Notes under the pieces: generated by a model
What the model saw: the letters and a program-made list of their open reading frames with translations, nothing else
The model's database searches: none
Told to the model about the DNA's origin: nothing
Program-made: the position numbers and the translations under genes
Shown here: piece by piece, positions 39,349 through 52,835 of the stretch
Position numbering within the stretch: the first letter of the stretch is position 1
Layout of the letters: each line of letters starts with the position of its first letter
Source of the DNA: Actinomycetes bacterium
Lineage (GTDB): Bacteria > Actinomycetota > Actinomycetes > Streptosporangiales > Streptosporangiaceae
Assembly (NCBI GenBank): GCA_021792405.1
Contig: JAJYUU010000001.1
Coordinates: 21,590 to 85,589 of the forward strand
Length of the DNA stretch: 64,000 nucleotides
Direction: 5' to 3'

Positions 39349-41379
39349 GTGATCGGCAGGATCCCCATACTCGACGTGGAGCCGGTCGTCAGGGTGGCCG
39401 GGATGGCAGCGAAGACCCCGGCGAAGGCGGTGCCGGGAGAGAGCTTCCTGGTCAGCGCTACGGTATTTCGTGAGGGTCACGAGATGCTCGGGGCCGGCGT
39501 GGTGCTGACCGATCCAGCCGGAGTGCCGCGGCCGCTCGTCCGGATGCGAGAGCTAGCCGAGGGCAGCGACCGTTACGGCGCCGAGGTGACCGCGGCCAGC
39601 GAGGGTCTGTGGCACTTCACCGTCGAGGCCTGGGGTGACCCGATTGCCCGCTGGCAGCACGACGCCGCGATCAAGATACCGATCGGCCAGGACACCGAGC
39701 TGATGCTGGCCGAGGGCGCGCTCCTGCTGCGCCGGGCAGCCGGGCAGATCACCGCCGCCAGGACGCCGTCGGCGAACGACGCCCGGCCTGCCAGAGCGGC
39801 CAGGGCTGCTCTCACCAGCGCGGCGAAGGAACTCGCCGATCCGCAGATCGCCCCGCTGGACCGGCTGGCCGCAGCCGGGCGGCCGGACGTGATTGCCGCC
39901 CTCACCGCGTTCCCGTTGCGAGACCTGCTCACCAGATCGGACAGGTTCCCGCTCATCGTGCACCGGAAGCGGGCTCTTTTCGGCTCGTGGTATGAGTTCT
40001 TCCCGCGCTCGGAAGGCGCGGTGCTCGACCCGACGCACCGTCGCAAGCCGCGGTCAGGCACGCTGCGGACGGCGGCCAAGCGGCTGGACGCGATTGCCGA
40101 CATGGGCTTCGACGTGGTGTACCTGCCACCGGTGCATCCGATCGGCACCACCGCGCGGAAGGGCCAGAACAACACGCTGGTCGCCGGGCCCGGCGACCCC
40201 GGCTCGCCGTGGGCCATCGGCTCGCCCGACGGCGGCCACGACGCCATTCACCCCGACCTCGGCACGCTCGACGACTTCGACGCGTTCGTTGCCAGGGCAG
40301 GCGAACTGGGCCTCGAGGTAGCCATGGACCTGGCGCTGCAGGCCTCCCCCGATCACCCGTGGGTCGTCAGGCACCCGGAGTGGTTCACCACGAGGGCCGA
40401 CGGGTCCATCGCCTACGCCGAGAACCCGCCGAAGAAGTACCAGGACATCTACCCGCTCAACTTCGACAACGACCCCGAGGGCATCTACGCCGAGATGAGC
40501 GGGCTGGTCCGGCACTGGATGAGGCACGGCATCCGGATCTTCCGGGTGGACAACCCGCACACCAAGCCACTGCCGTTCTGGCAGCGGCTGCTCGCCGATG
40601 TCGCGGCGACCGATCCGGACGTGATCTTCCTGGCCGAGGCATTCACCCGGCCGGCCATGATGCACGCCCTGGCGGCCATCGGCTTCCACCAGTCGTATAC
40701 CTACTTCACCTGGCGGAATACCGCGGGCGAGCTCACCGAGTACAGCACCGAGCTGGCCGGGCCGGCCGCGCACTACATGCGGCCCAACTTCTTCGTCAAC
40801 ACCCCGGACATCTTGTGCCAGTACCTGCAGCATGCCGGCCCGCCGGCATTCGCCGTGCGGGCAGTGCTTGCCGCCATGCTGTCCCCGTCCTGGGGCGTCT
40901 ACTCCGGCTATGAGCTCTGCGAGAACGTCCCGCTGGTGCCCGGCAGCGAGGAGTACCTGGATTCGGAGAAGTACGCCTACCGGCCCAGGGACTGGGCGAG
41001 CGCGGAGCGGCTGGGCCTCACCATTGCCCCGCTGCTGCGCCGGCTGAACGAGATCCGGCGGGCGCACCCGGCTCTGCACTGGCTGCGCAATCTGCGGTTT
41101 CATTACAGCGATCAGCCGGACATCCTGTGCTTCTCCAAGCGCACTGGCCAGGATCATCCGGGTCCGCCCGACATCGTGCTAGTCGTGGTAAACCTGAACC
41201 CTGGCGAGACGCGCGAGGCCACTGTCTGGCTGGACAGCGCGGCACTCGGACTGGATGCGGCAGCGGGATTCAGGGTCGCCGACCAGCTCACCGGGCAGCA
41301 GTTCGGCTGGGGGCTGGGCAACTACGTGCGGCTGGACCCGGCCATCGCTCCCGCGCACATCCTGACCGTCGTGCAGTGA
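39349..41379 (+). CDS. glgE: Alpha-1,4-glucan:maltose-1-phosphate maltosyltransferase
   Basis: 676 aa. The N-terminus IGRIPILDVEPVV and the GH13_3 motifs (VVYLPPVHPIG, IFRVDNPHTKP, FLAEAFTRPAMM) match. Divergent from glgP. Confidence 0.95.
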   Translation: MIGRIPILDVEPVVRVAGMAAKTPAKAVPGESFLVSATVFREGHEMLGAGVVLTDPAGVPRPLVRMRELAEGSDRYGAEVTAASEGLWHFTVEAWGDPIARWQHDAAIKIPIGQDTELMLAEGALLLRRAAGQITAARTPSANDARPARAARAALTSAAKELADPQIAPLDRLAAAGRPDVIAALTAFPLRDLLTRSDRFPLIVHRKRALFGSWYEFFPRSEGAVLDPTHRRKPRSGTLRTAAKRLDAIADMGFDVVYLPPVHPIGTTARKGQNNTLVAGPGDPGSPWAIGSPDGGHDAIHPDLGTLDDFDAFVARAGELGLEVAMDLALQASPDHPWVVRHPEWFTTRADGSIAYAENPPKKYQDIYPLNFDNDPEGIYAEMSGLVRHWMRHGIRIFRVDNPHTKPLPFWQRLLADVAATDPDVIFLAEAFTRPAMMHALAAIGFHQSYTYFTWRNTAGELTEYSTELAGPAAHYMRPNFFVNTPDILCQYLQHAGPPAFAVRAVLAAMLSPSWGVYSGYELCENVPLVPGSEEYLDSEKYAYRPRDWASAERLGLTIAPLLRRLNEIRRAHPALHWLRNLRFHYSDQPDILCFSKRTGQDHPGPPDIVLVVVNLNPGETREATVWLDSAALGLDAAAGFRVADQLTGQQFGWGLGNYVRLDPAIAPAHILTVVQ

Positions 41380-41485
41380 TGCTGGTCACGCAATGATAAT
41401 CGCGTGCATTGTCGTTAATACGAAGAGGCGGCAGCCGTCGGCACTGCTGTCATTAGCCCATACAGAGCACTAAGCGGGAGCGGGA

Positions 41486-43327
<1,842 letters not shown>

Positions 43328-43399
43328 CCTCGCCCCGTAGAGTGGCTGCCGATCCGGAGCAGGCGATCCGGAGTAAAAGGGTGCAGTCGTGGGCAGTAG

Positions 43400-44962
43400 G
43401 TGACCGTGTTCGAGAGCACCGCCCGGTCTCACCGCGCGGCCGCGCACGACAATGTGGCCGCGCGAGAGGGCACGACCGGACCCGGCGGCGCGTTCGGCCC
43501 GGGCGGCATCACCGGGACCGACGCCACTGCAAGCCTGCTAGGCATGCTGGCGGAGTGGCTGCCACGGCAACGCTGGTTTCCCGGTCAGGGCGCGCGCCTG
43601 GCAGGCGTCGGCATCGTCTCGGATGTCATCCTGCGGGCCGGCGACCCGGCCCTGCGGCACCTGATCGTCGAGACCGCGCTGCCCGGCGGGCCGGCCCGGT
43701 TCCAGGTGCTGGTCGGGTACCGGCGCGAGTTGCCGGCCGGGCTGGCCGGCGCCGTGATCGGCCATCAGCCCGGCCTCGCCTGCTATGACGCACTGCACGA
43801 CCCGGAACTCGCTGACGTGCTGCTCCGCGGGATCGTCCAGCAGCGCCTGGTCGAGCACGTGCGGTTCGTGCGAGAGCCAGCCGCGCTGGCGTTCGCCGGT
43901 CGTGAGCCGGGCACGCCGGGAACTGGCCTGGTCAGCCGCGTGCTCGGCGCGGAGCAGAGCAATACCAGCCTGGTCTTCGGGGACCTGGCCATCCTGAAGG
44001 TGCTCCGCCGGATCTTTCCCGGCGCCAACCCCGATCTGGAAGTCGCGGACGCGCTGGCCCGCCGCGGCTCGGCGCGGGTGGCGGCGCCCTACGGATGGAT
44101 CGAGACCGACCTCGATTCCGAGCCGGTGCTGCTCGGCGTGCTGTCGCAGTTCCTCGCCGGCGCCATCGACGGCTGGTCGCTCGCGCTCGCCGCCGTGCGG
44201 CAACTGTACGCACGGCACGCCGGCGGCGGCGGCGGTCCGGAGTCCGCGGCCGCGCCGCTGCCCCCCGGTACGTGCGGGAACGGGCCCTCCGGGGCCGGCC
44301 CGTCAGCCAGGCTGCCGTTCGCCGCCGAAGCCGGCTTGCTCGGGCAGGCCACCGCCGAGTTGCACGCAGACATGGCGGCGGCCTTCGGCAGCCGGGACAT
44401 GACCGCAGCTGAGCTGACCGACCTGGCCGCCAGCCTGCACGGCAAGCTGTCCGACGCGATCGCGTTGGTGCCCGCGCTGCGCGATCACGAGACCGGCATC
44501 AGGGCGGCCTACGACGCGCTCGCCCAGTCCACTGAACCAGTGGCCGTGCAGCGAATCCACGGTGACTACCACCTGGGTCAGGTGCTGCGTGCCAGCCAGG
44601 GCTGGGTGGCGCTCGACTTCGAGGGCGAGCCGGCCGTCCCGCTTGCCGTCCGCCGGGCGCCGGCCCCGGCACTGCGCGATGTCGCCGGGATGCTGCGCTC
44701 GTTCGACTACGCTGCCCGGCATCAGTTGCTCGGCAGGCCCGCCGACCAGTCCCTGACCGCCCTCGCCGACCGCTGGGTGCGGCAGTGCCAGGCCGCCTTC
44801 TGCGCCGGCTATGCAGCGCGCGGCGGAACTGACCCGGCCAGTCGCAGCCCCCTGCTGCGGGCGCTCACCCTGGAGAAGGCGGTCTACGAAGTGATCTACG
44901 AACACCGGCACCGGCCGTCCTGGCTGCCGATACCGCTCGGCTACGTGGCGGCGGCAGCATGA
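43400..44962 (+). CDS. pep2: Maltokinase (Pep2/Mak)
   Basis: [13 protein letters not shown] cap-domain motif, [13 protein letters not shown], and the kinase core [11 protein letters not shown]...LDFEGEP. A separate gene downstream of treS. The start could be as late as ATG 43544. Confidence 0.85.
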   Translation: MTVFESTARSHRAAAHDNVAAREGTTGPGGAFGPGGITGTDATASLLGMLAEWLPRQRWFPGQGARLAGVGIVSDVILRAGDPALRHLIVETALPGGPARFQVLVGYRRELPAGLAGAVIGHQPGLACYDALHDPELADVLLRGIVQQRLVEHVRFVREPAALAFAGREPGTPGTGLVSRVLGAEQSNTSLVFGDLAILKVLRRIFPGANPDLEVADALARRGSARVAAPYGWIETDLDSEPVLLGVLSQFLAGAIDGWSLALAAVRQLYARHAGGGGGPESAAAPLPPGTCGNGPSGAGPSARLPFAAEAGLLGQATAELHADMAAAFGSRDMTAAELTDLAASLHGKLSDAIALVPALRDHETGIRAAYDALAQSTEPVAVQRIHGDYHLGQVLRASQGWVALDFEGEPAVPLAVRRAPAPALRDVAGMLRSFDYAARHQLLGRPADQSLTALADRWVRQCQAAFCAGYAARGGTDPASRSPLLRALTLEKAVYEVIYEHRHRPSWLPIPLGYVAAAA

Positions 44963-47136
44963 CGGCGGGCACCCATACCGCCGACCAGATCGGCCACGCC
45001 GAGATCGACGAGATACTCGCGGGGAGGCACCACGATCCGCACGCGGTGCTCGGCGGGCATCCCGGTCCGGGCGGCGTGACGATCCGCGCCCTGCGGCCGC
45101 TGGCTGAGTCGGTGTCGGTGATGCTGCCCGGCGGCAGCCGGGTCCCGATGCGGCACCTGCACGAGGGCGTGTTCTCCGTGACCGTGCCAGGCACGGCCGT
45201 ACCGGATTACCGGCTCGCCGTGACGTACAAGGGCATGCCGGAGACGATCAGCGATGATCCGTACCGGCACCTGCCGACGCTCGGCGAAGTCGACCTGCAC
45301 CTGATCGCCGAGGGCCGCCACGAGGAGCTGTGGACCGTGCTGGGCGCCAGGGTCCGGCCGGAACTCGGCGGCACCTCGTTCGCGGTATGGGCGCCGAATG
45401 CCCGCGGCGTCCGGGTGATCGGCGACTTCAACCATTGGGACGGCCGCGCCTACCCGATGCGCTCACTCGGCAGCTCCGGAATATGGGAGCTGCTCATTCC
45501 CGGCGTCGGCGACGGAGCCACGTACAAGTACGACATCCTGGGCCGGGACGGCAAATGGCATCGAAAGGCAGACCCGATGGCCGGCTGGGCCGAGCGGCCG
45601 CCCGCCACCGCGTCCAGGGTGACCCAGTCCCGCTATGCCTGGGGTGACGCGGACTGGCTGGCCAGGCGTGCCGCGCGGGACCTGCTGGCGAACCCGGTGA
45701 GCGTGTACGAGGTGCACCTGGGTTCCTGGCGGCCCGGCTTGTCGTACGCCGAGCTCGCCAGCCAGCTCACCAGCTACGTGACCGAGATGGGCTTCACGCA
45801 TGTGGAGTTCCTGCCGGTGGCCGAGCATCCGTTCGGCGGTTCCTGGGGCTATCAGGTCACCTCTTATTACGCGCCGTCCGCCCGGTTCGGCACCCCGGAC
45901 GAGTTTCGCTTCCTGGTGGATCGCCTGCACCAGGCGGGCATCGGAGTGTTCCTGGACTGGGTTCCTGCGCACTTCCCGCGCGACATCTGGGCACTCGCGG
46001 AGTTCGATGGCTCGACGCTGTACGAGCACGCCGACCCGCAGCGCGGCCAGCACCCGGACTGGGGCACGCTGATCTTCGACTACGGCCGGCCGGAAGTGCG
46101 CAACTTCCTGGTCGCGAACGCCATCTACTGGCTCGAGGAGTTCCATGCCGACGGCCTTCGGGTGGACGCGGTAGCGTCCATGCTCTACCTCGACTACTCG
46201 CGGAAACCGGGCGAGTGGTCGCCGAACTCCCTCGGCGGCCGCGAGAACCTGGACGCGGTGTCGTTCTTGCGCGAGGTCAACGCCACCTGCTACAAGCGGG
46301 TTCCCGGCATCGTGATGATCGCCGAGGAGTCCACCGCCTGGCCGGGCGTGACCAGGCCGGTGCACCTGGGCGGCCTGGGTTTCGGGCTGAAGTGGAACAT
46401 GGGCTGGATGCACGACACGCTGAGCTACCTCAGCCGGGACCCGGTGTACCGCAGCTACCACCACGACGAGATGACGTTCTCGATGATCTACGCCTACAGC
46501 GAGCACTACGTGCTGCCGCTGTCCCACGACGAGGTGGTACACGGCAAGGGGGCGCTGCTGCGGAAAATGCCCGGCGACGACTGGCATCAGTTCGCCGGGC
46601 TGCGCTCGCTGCTGGCGTACATGTGGGCGCATCCGGGCAAGCAGCTGCTGTTCATGGGCGGGGAATTCGGCCAGGGCGATGAGTGGTCGCACGAGGCCGG
46701 GCTGCCGTGGTACGTCCTGGAGTACCCGCTGCACATCGGCGTCCAGCAGCTGGTCAAGGACCTTAATCGGATCTACCTGGCGCATCCGGCGCTGTGGCAG
46801 CGCGACAGCGCGCCCGAGGGGTTCCAGTGGATCGACGCGGGCGACTATGCCGGCAACGTGCTGTCGTTCCTGCGCTACGGCTCCGACGGCAGCGTGCTGG
46901 CATGCATCTGCAACTTCGCCGCGACGGCACACCACGGCTACCGGATCGGGCTGCCGTCCGCCGGGGCTTGGACCGAGCTGCTGAACTCCGACGCCGAGGT
47001 CTACGGCGGCAGCGGGGTCGGCAACTACGGCCAGGTGGCGGCGGTCGCCGAGCCCTGGCACGGACAGCCAGCCTCGGCGGTGTTCAGCGTCCCGCCGCTG
47101 GGCGTGCTCTGGCTGACGCCAGCGGCTCGCAGCTAG
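44959..47136 (+). CDS. glgB: 1,4-alpha-glucan branching enzyme
   Basis: 725 aa with [52 protein letters not shown] and [12 protein letters not shown]. The ATG overlaps the pep2 stop (ATGA). Confidence 0.95.
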   Translation: MTAGTHTADQIGHAEIDEILAGRHHDPHAVLGGHPGPGGVTIRALRPLAESVSVMLPGGSRVPMRHLHEGVFSVTVPGTAVPDYRLAVTYKGMPETISDDPYRHLPTLGEVDLHLIAEGRHEELWTVLGARVRPELGGTSFAVWAPNARGVRVIGDFNHWDGRAYPMRSLGSSGIWELLIPGVGDGATYKYDILGRDGKWHRKADPMAGWAERPPATASRVTQSRYAWGDADWLARRAARDLLANPVSVYEVHLGSWRPGLSYAELASQLTSYVTEMGFTHVEFLPVAEHPFGGSWGYQVTSYYAPSARFGTPDEFRFLVDRLHQAGIGVFLDWVPAHFPRDIWALAEFDGSTLYEHADPQRGQHPDWGTLIFDYGRPEVRNFLVANAIYWLEEFHADGLRVDAVASMLYLDYSRKPGEWSPNSLGGRENLDAVSFLREVNATCYKRVPGIVMIAEESTAWPGVTRPVHLGGLGFGLKWNMGWMHDTLSYLSRDPVYRSYHHDEMTFSMIYAYSEHYVLPLSHDEVVHGKGALLRKMPGDDWHQFAGLRSLLAYMWAHPGKQLLFMGGEFGQGDEWSHEAGLPWYVLEYPLHIGVQQLVKDLNRIYLAHPALWQRDSAPEGFQWIDAGDYAGNVLSFLRYGSDGSVLACICNFAATAHHGYRIGLPSAGAWTELLNSDAEVYGGSGVGNYGQVAAVAEPWHGQPASAVFSVPPLGVLWLTPAARS

Positions 47137-48098
47137 AGCAGGCGGAGCAGCCAGCCGGGGCCGGCCACCGTGGCGCCGGCCACCAGGCAGCGCTGCCGGA
47201 GCTCGCGGTCGGCTGTGACGACGATCCGCTGCCCGGCTGTCGTCGCGGCCAGCGCGGCGATGGTGTCGTCGCCCGCGCCACTCGCCGCGACCACCTCAAC
47301 CGGGCTGGCTCCATCGTGAGCCGCCGCTGGCCTGGCCGCGCCCTCGACGACCAAGACGACATCCGGCAGCCACCGCATCCGGACCTGGCCATCCGCCATC
47401 CCGGCGGTGCCGCGCGCCGACCGTCCCGGTCCCCGGCTGCCGCCCGCCGCGGCTCCGTCCAGCCGCTGCTCACCCGCGGCGGGTGCCCTGGCCAGGGCAT
47501 CCTGACCCGTCGGCAGTTCGGTGATGCCGTCGGTCACCAGCGGGACAAGCTGATCACGCAGCCGGAGTGCGGCACCCACCCGATCGCGCCACCAGCCATC
47601 CGGCCTCGAACCGACGACGTTGGCGCCGTCCACGATGATCGTCACCGGTGCCAGCTCGGCCTGCAGCCGCGCCCAGTGGGCCGCGAGCCCTGGATGCAAG
47701 TCGAGAGCGGTTACCTCGGCTAGCGCTACCCAGGCGACGTCGTCGGTCTCGTCATCATCCGACTCCACCGGGAACGGGGCACTGGCCTGCGCGAGCACGG
47801 AGGTATAGGACCAGCCACCGTGGTCGTCGATGAACAGAGAACGACAGCGGGCCGCGCCGGCAGGCACCCCGCACTCCTCGGCAGCCTCGCGAAAGGCTGC
47901 CTCAATAGCTGACTCGTGACTGTCGCGCGCGCCGCCGGGCAATCCCCAGGTCCCGCCGTGATGACTCCACCAGGTCCTGCGCTGCAGCAGCACCGGGCCG
48001 CCGGCCACGTAGGCGAGCAAGCCGGCGGCCCCGTGCCTGCCCCAGTGCCGGTGCCCGAGGTCGCACCGGACCCAGCCGTTCCCGTCCCGGCTAGCCAT
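47133..48098 (-). CDS. NUDIX hydrolase fused to a YacP-like NYN (PIN-like) domain
   Basis: NUDIX box [26 protein letters not shown]. The C-terminal half [17 protein letters not shown]...[15 protein letters not shown]...[13 protein letters not shown] follows the YacP/NYN pattern. ATG at 48096-48098 overlaps the TetR gene end. Confidence 0.8.
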   Translation of the reverse strand: MASRDGNGWVRCDLGHRHWGRHGAAGLLAYVAGGPVLLQRRTWWSHHGGTWGLPGGARDSHESAIEAAFREAAEECGVPAGAARCRSLFIDDHGGWSYTSVLAQASAPFPVESDDDETDDVAWVALAEVTALDLHPGLAAHWARLQAELAPVTIIVDGANVVGSRPDGWWRDRVGAALRLRDQLVPLVTDGITELPTGQDALARAPAAGEQRLDGAAAGGSRGPGRSARGTAGMADGQVRMRWLPDVVLVVEGAARPAAAHDGASPVEVVAASGAGDDTIAALAATTAGQRIVVTADRELRQRCLVAGATVAGPGWLLRLL

Positions 48099-48690
48099 CG
48101 CGGGCCGCCCCGTATCGCAGGCCGTCCATGAGCAGATCAAGCAGCCGTCCGGCCTGTTCGCGCTGGGCCGGGCCACCGACGGCGAGCGACACTCCGCTCA
48201 CGCTTGCCAGCAAGTCCGCAGGGTCGAGATCAGGCCGGATCGTCCCGTCGGCCGCGCCAGCCTCCGCCAGGGCCGCGAACGCCGCGAGCAGGCGGGCCCG
48301 GCTCTCGGCGAACGGGTTGCCGCCCGAGGCGATCACCTTGCGCAGCGCGTCTGACATCCCGCGCTTGGTCGTCATGTACTCGATGAAGTGATCCATCCAG
48401 GTGCGCATGGCCTTGTCGGCCGGCATCGAGCTGAGCAGCCCCGGCACCGAGTCGCACAGCCTAGCCAGCTCACTGCGATAAGCGGCGTCGACCAGTGCCT
48501 CCCGGCTAGGGAAGTGGCGGTACAAGGTGCCGATGCCGACGCCTGCGTCCTTCGCGATCGACTCCAGCGTCACCTCCGTGCCGCCGTCCCCGGAGAACGC
48601 GGCGACGGCGGCGGCGAGCAGGTGCTCGCGATTGCGCTGCGCATCGGCGCGCATCGGCCGGCTCGCGCCGCGCCGACCGGTCACGGGCAT
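48091..48690 (-). CDS. TetR-family transcriptional regulator
   Basis: About 199 aa from MPVTGRRGASRPMRADAQRNREHLLAAAVAAF, with HTH LESIAKDAGVGIGTLYRHFPSREALV. Confidence 0.88.
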   Translation of the reverse strand: MPVTGRRGASRPMRADAQRNREHLLAAAVAAFSGDGGTEVTLESIAKDAGVGIGTLYRHFPSREALVDAAYRSELARLCDSVPGLLSSMPADKAMRTWMDHFIEYMTTKRGMSDALRKVIASGGNPFAESRARLLAAFAALAEAGAADGTIRPDLDPADLLASVSGVSLAVGGPAQREQAGRLLDLLMDGLRYGAARDG

Positions 48691-48897
48691 CTGCCGCTCC
48701 TCACCCGCGCACGGCCGCGCGATTTGCTCGCCGGAGCATCCTCCGGTCAGGCTCACCGGATGATCCGGAGGAACCTCCGTTTCCTCATGGTACCCCCGGA
48801 ACCAGCATTCCACGGCCTCGTGCAGCTAGACGCCCCGTCGTGGGGAGCGACGGCCGGCCGTCGGCGTGCCCGGCCAATGCGGCTTAGGCTGTAAGCC

Positions 48898-50625
48898 ATG
48901 CCAGAGTCACTCCTTGCTACCCGGCTGGCCAAGCTCCGCCAGCATCGCACGGCACCACTGATCCTGGAGCTGGACCTGACCGAAGGGATCGCCGAGACCA
49001 GGCCGGCCGATCCGGTCTCGGCGATCCTCAGCAAGAACCGGGCGCCGCTGCCGGACGTGCTCGACGGCCTGCGCCGGGCCCGCACCGACGACCGGGTTGC
49101 GGTGCTGGTCGCGAGGCTCGGCGGCAAGGGCATCGGGCTCGCGGCGGTACAGGAACTGCGCCACGCGATCAGCGAGTTCGCCGCCGCCGGGAAGACGACG
49201 ATTGCCTGGGCGGAGTCATTCGGCGAGTTCTCCGCGAGCAACGTGCAGTATTACCTGGCCACCGCTTTCGAGAAGATCTGGCTTCAGCCTTCCGGCGATC
49301 TCGGCCTGACCGGCATCGCGATCGAGCGGGTTTTCCTTCGCGGCCTGCTGGACAAGCTCGGCGCCGATTTTCAGGTGGCCAAGCGGCAGGAGTACAAGAG
49401 CGCTGCCGAGCAGCTCACCGAGACCGGGTTCTCCCCGCCGGCCAGGGCGGAGACGCAGCGGCTGACCACGTCGATCACCGAGCAGCTCGTGCAGGCGATC
49501 GCCGAGCGCCGCAACCTCAGCCAGGCCAGGGTCAGCGAGCTGATCGACGCCGGGCCGTTCCTTGCCGCGCGCGCCCAGGCCGAGAATCTCGTCGACCAGC
49601 TCGGCTACCGGGACGAGGTCTACGCGGAGGCGCACAAGCTGGCCGGCCCGGCGGCGATCGTCGAGTATCTCGGCCGCTACCAGCGCGGCAAGGTAGCGGC
49701 CGAGCGCGCCCGGCAGGCGGTCACCAAAGCAGTCACCACGCTGCCCGGCCCGCCAGAGCCGGGCGTCGCGCTCATCTACGCGACCGGGCCGATCCGCCGC
49801 GGCCGCAGCGGCCACGGCCTGCGATCCGGCGGCCCGATGGGCTCGGACACGATCGCTGCCGCGCTCAGGCAGGCGGCGCGCGACGAGCACACTAAGGCCA
49901 TCGTCCTGCGCGTCAACAGCCCTGGCGGCTCCTACGTCGCCTCCGACACGATCTGGCGCGAGGTGGTCAGGGCCAGGGCCGGCGGGATGCCAGTCGTGGT
50001 CTCCATGGGCGACGTCGCCGCGTCAGGCGGCTACTACATCTCGATGGCGGCCGACGAGATCGTGGCGCAGCCGGGCACGATCACCGGCTCGATCGGCGTG
50101 CTCACCGGCAAGCCCGTGCTCGGCGATGCCCTCGGCCGGGCCGGCGTCACCAGTGACCTGATCAGCCAGGGCAGCCATGCGGCGATGTTCTCCCAGTTGC
50201 GGCCGTTCTCGCCGGACGAATGGACGCTGGTCAACGAGTGGCTCGACCACATCTACGCCGACTTCACCGGCAAGGTGGGGCAATCCCGCGGCATGACCCC
50301 CGAGCAGGTGGACCAGGTGGCCAGAGGCCGGGTCTGGACCGGAGCCGACGCTGCCGCTTGCGGCCTGGTCGATGAACTGGGCGGGGTGGACCGGGCGACA
50401 GCGAGTGCCCGCCGCCGGGCCGGGCTGCCGGCCACCGCGCCGGTTCGCGTGTATCCCCGAGTCCACCCGCTCGACCGGCTGCGTCCGCCTGCCTCCAGCG
50501 AGAGCCGCGGCGCGGAGACCGGCCTGCTCGCCGACAGCTGGGGCCCGGTCTGGCAGCTGGCGGGCCGGCTGGGCCTCACCGCCACCGGCCCGCTGCTGCT
50601 GCCTGGCGACTGGCTCTTCGAATGA
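48898..50625 (+). CDS. sppA: Signal peptide peptidase SppA, 67K type (two S49 domains)
   Basis: 575 aa. The second domain has VVVSMGDVAASGGYYISMAAD (catalytic Ser) and GSIGV. Overall S49 architecture. Confidence 0.9.
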   Translation: MPESLLATRLAKLRQHRTAPLILELDLTEGIAETRPADPVSAILSKNRAPLPDVLDGLRRARTDDRVAVLVARLGGKGIGLAAVQELRHAISEFAAAGKTTIAWAESFGEFSASNVQYYLATAFEKIWLQPSGDLGLTGIAIERVFLRGLLDKLGADFQVAKRQEYKSAAEQLTETGFSPPARAETQRLTTSITEQLVQAIAERRNLSQARVSELIDAGPFLAARAQAENLVDQLGYRDEVYAEAHKLAGPAAIVEYLGRYQRGKVAAERARQAVTKAVTTLPGPPEPGVALIYATGPIRRGRSGHGLRSGGPMGSDTIAAALRQAARDEHTKAIVLRVNSPGGSYVASDTIWREVVRARAGGMPVVVSMGDVAASGGYYISMAADEIVAQPGTITGSIGVLTGKPVLGDALGRAGVTSDLISQGSHAAMFSQLRPFSPDEWTLVNEWLDHIYADFTGKVGQSRGMTPEQVDQVARGRVWTGADAAACGLVDELGGVDRATASARRRAGLPATAPVRVYPRVHPLDRLRPPASSESRGAETGLLADSWGPVWQLAGRLGLTATGPLLLPGDWLFE

Positions 50626-50685
50626 CCGGGAACGGGCAAGTTCCGGCCAGCCGCCGCCGGTCAGCGCGCCGCTGCCGGGCTGGCA

Positions 50686-51183
50686 ATGCCATCAGGTAGC
50701 GACGCTGTCCCGGCCGGCTACGCCGAGGCGCTCGGCGCGTGGCCGGGCGCGGTCACCCTGCTGACCATCGCCGAGGGCAGGGATGACATCGGGACCACGG
50801 TGAGCGCGTTCAGCCCGGTGTCGGACGACCCGCCGCTCGTCCTGGTGTCGCTGCTGGCTGAGTCATACCCGGCCGAAGTGCTCGGGCGGCTGGCCCCCTT
50901 CGCAGTCACGCTGCTCGCCGCGCCGCAGCGGGTACTGGCCGGCCGGTTCGCCGCGGCCGGCCGGCCGAGCGCGCGGGTGCTGCTCGCGAACGTGCCGCAC
51001 CGGCGCGGCGGCCAGTCCGGCGCGCTGATTCCCGAGGGCGGGCTGGCCACCTTCGAGTGCGAAGTGAGCGCCGCGGTACCGGCCGGAGACCACATCGTGT
51101 TCGTCGGTGCAGTGACGGCGGTGCCCTACGTCGCGCAATCCGGCGAGCCGCTGATCCGGTTCCGCGGCGGTTACCTGCGCTGA
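50686..51183 (+). CDS. Flavin reductase family protein
   Basis: 165 aa. The TVSAFSPVSDDPPLVLVSL pattern is typical of Flavin_Reduct domain proteins. Confidence 0.82.
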   Translation: MPSGSDAVPAGYAEALGAWPGAVTLLTIAEGRDDIGTTVSAFSPVSDDPPLVLVSLLAESYPAEVLGRLAPFAVTLLAAPQRVLAGRFAAAGRPSARVLLANVPHRRGGQSGALIPEGGLATFECEVSAAVPAGDHIVFVGAVTAVPYVAQSGEPLIRFRGGYLR

Positions 51184-51371
51184 CCGGCCAGGGCCGCGGC
51201 TCAGCCGTTCAGGTAGGCCAGGACGGCGAGCACCCGGCGGCTTGCCTGCCAGACTCAACGGTGACGCGCCAGGCACTGCGAGCGCGAGGGGTCATCGCCC
51301 ACTTCCGCAGGTGGGGCTTTGCCTGCCCGCCCTGCCCGCAACGCGGCGGCCTCGCATCGGCCGGCTGGCGG

Positions 51372-52541
51372 TCACATCCGCTCGCCCGCGCGCCAGACGC
51401 CGGCGATCAGCGGTACCCCCGGCCGGTAGGCCAGGTACGCGTGCGACGGCGCGTCCAGCATCACCAGGTCGCCGCGTGCGCCGATGCCGAGATGGCCGAT
51501 GTCGGTGCGGCGCAGCGCGTGCGCGCCGCCCGCGGTCGCGGCCCAGACCGCCTCGGCCGTCGTCATCCGCATCTCGCGGACCGCAAGCGCCACGCAGAAC
51601 GGCATGCTCGAGGTAAAGCACGAGCCCGGGTTGCAGTCCGACGCGATGGCCACGGTCACTCCGGCGCCGAGCAGCCGGCGTGCGTCCGGGTACGGCGAGC
51701 GGGTGGAGAACTCCACGCCGGGCAGCAACGTCGCCACGGTCCGGGATGCCGCAAGCGCGTCCACGTCCGCATCGGACAGGAACGTGCAGTGATCGGCTGA
51801 CGCCGCTCCGGCCTCGACCGCGACCTGGACGCCTGGCCCTGGACCTAGCTGGTTCGCGTGGACCCTCGGCTGCAGGCCGGCCGCCGCACCCGCGGCCAGC
51901 ACCGCCCTGGCCTCGTCGGCGCCGAACGCGCCGCGCTCGCAGAACACGTCCACCCACTTGGCCACCGGAGCGCAGGCGGCCAGCATCTCGCCGCAGACCA
52001 GTGAAACATACCCGGCGCGATCGGCGGCGAACTCGGCCGGGACCACGTGCGCGCCCAGGTAGGTCACCTCGGCGGTGAACTCGCTGGCCAGCGCGAGCGA
52101 CCGGGCCTCGTCCGCCACCGTGAGGCCGTACCCGGACTTGCACTCGAATGTCGTGGTTCCCTGCGCCAGCATCTCGCCCGCCAGCCGCGCCAGGTTGGAC
52201 CGCAGCACCTCGTCACCGGCGGCCCTGGTGGCCGTGACCGTGCCGGCGATCCCGCCGGCGCTGTACGGCAGTCCTGCCATCCGGGCGGCGAACTCCGCGC
52301 CGCGCTCACCGGCGAACACCAGATGCGCGTGCGAGTCGACGAAACCGGGAAGCAGCGCCCGGCCGGCCGCATCGACGACCTCGTCGGCCGCCGGTGCTGC
52401 CGCCGCCGGGCCGGTCCACGCCACCACGCCCTGGTCCAGCACGATCGCCGCGTCCGCGATCGTCGCGAACGGCCCTGGCGCGGCCGCACCGCGCGGCGCG
52501 TTCGTAACCAGTTCGCCGATATTGGTGATGAGCAGGCTCAC
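51372..52541 (-). CDS. hutI: Imidazolonepropionase
   Basis: 389 aa with [14 protein letters not shown] metal-binding HxH, HANQLG, and the SDCNPGSCF terminal motif. Confidence 0.93.
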   Translation of the reverse strand: MSLLITNIGELVTNAPRGAAAPGPFATIADAAIVLDQGVVAWTGPAAAAPAADEVVDAAGRALLPGFVDSHAHLVFAGERGAEFAARMAGLPYSAGGIAGTVTATRAAGDEVLRSNLARLAGEMLAQGTTTFECKSGYGLTVADEARSLALASEFTAEVTYLGAHVVPAEFAADRAGYVSLVCGEMLAACAPVAKWVDVFCERGAFGADEARAVLAAGAAAGLQPRVHANQLGPGPGVQVAVEAGAASADHCTFLSDADVDALAASRTVATLLPGVEFSTRSPYPDARRLLGAGVTVAIASDCNPGSCFTSSMPFCVALAVREMRMTTAEAVWAATAGGAHALRRTDIGHLGIGARGDLVMLDAPSHAYLAYRPGVPLIAGVWRAGERM

Positions 52542-52835
52542 CAGCGCATCGTGCCATAGCAGGCGGCAAGCCAGGCGCTGGCAGGCGATGGAGCACGGCC
52601 CCGGCGGCCGGACGAGCGGTGGCCGGTCGGGCTTCGCACGGGCCGACTGGGCTGATCGGCGAGCGGTTCAAGCCGACGGAATGACGGCGGCCAGAATTCG
52701 TAAGGCAGGGGCAAAACTGGTATAAACCATCGCTGAGGTGGATACCCTAAGTGAGAGACCTTAGCTGAGCGTGTCTGGATCCGGCTCCACGCCGTCGACC
52801 AGGGCCGCCGACATGGCCGACAGGACGGAGCGCAG

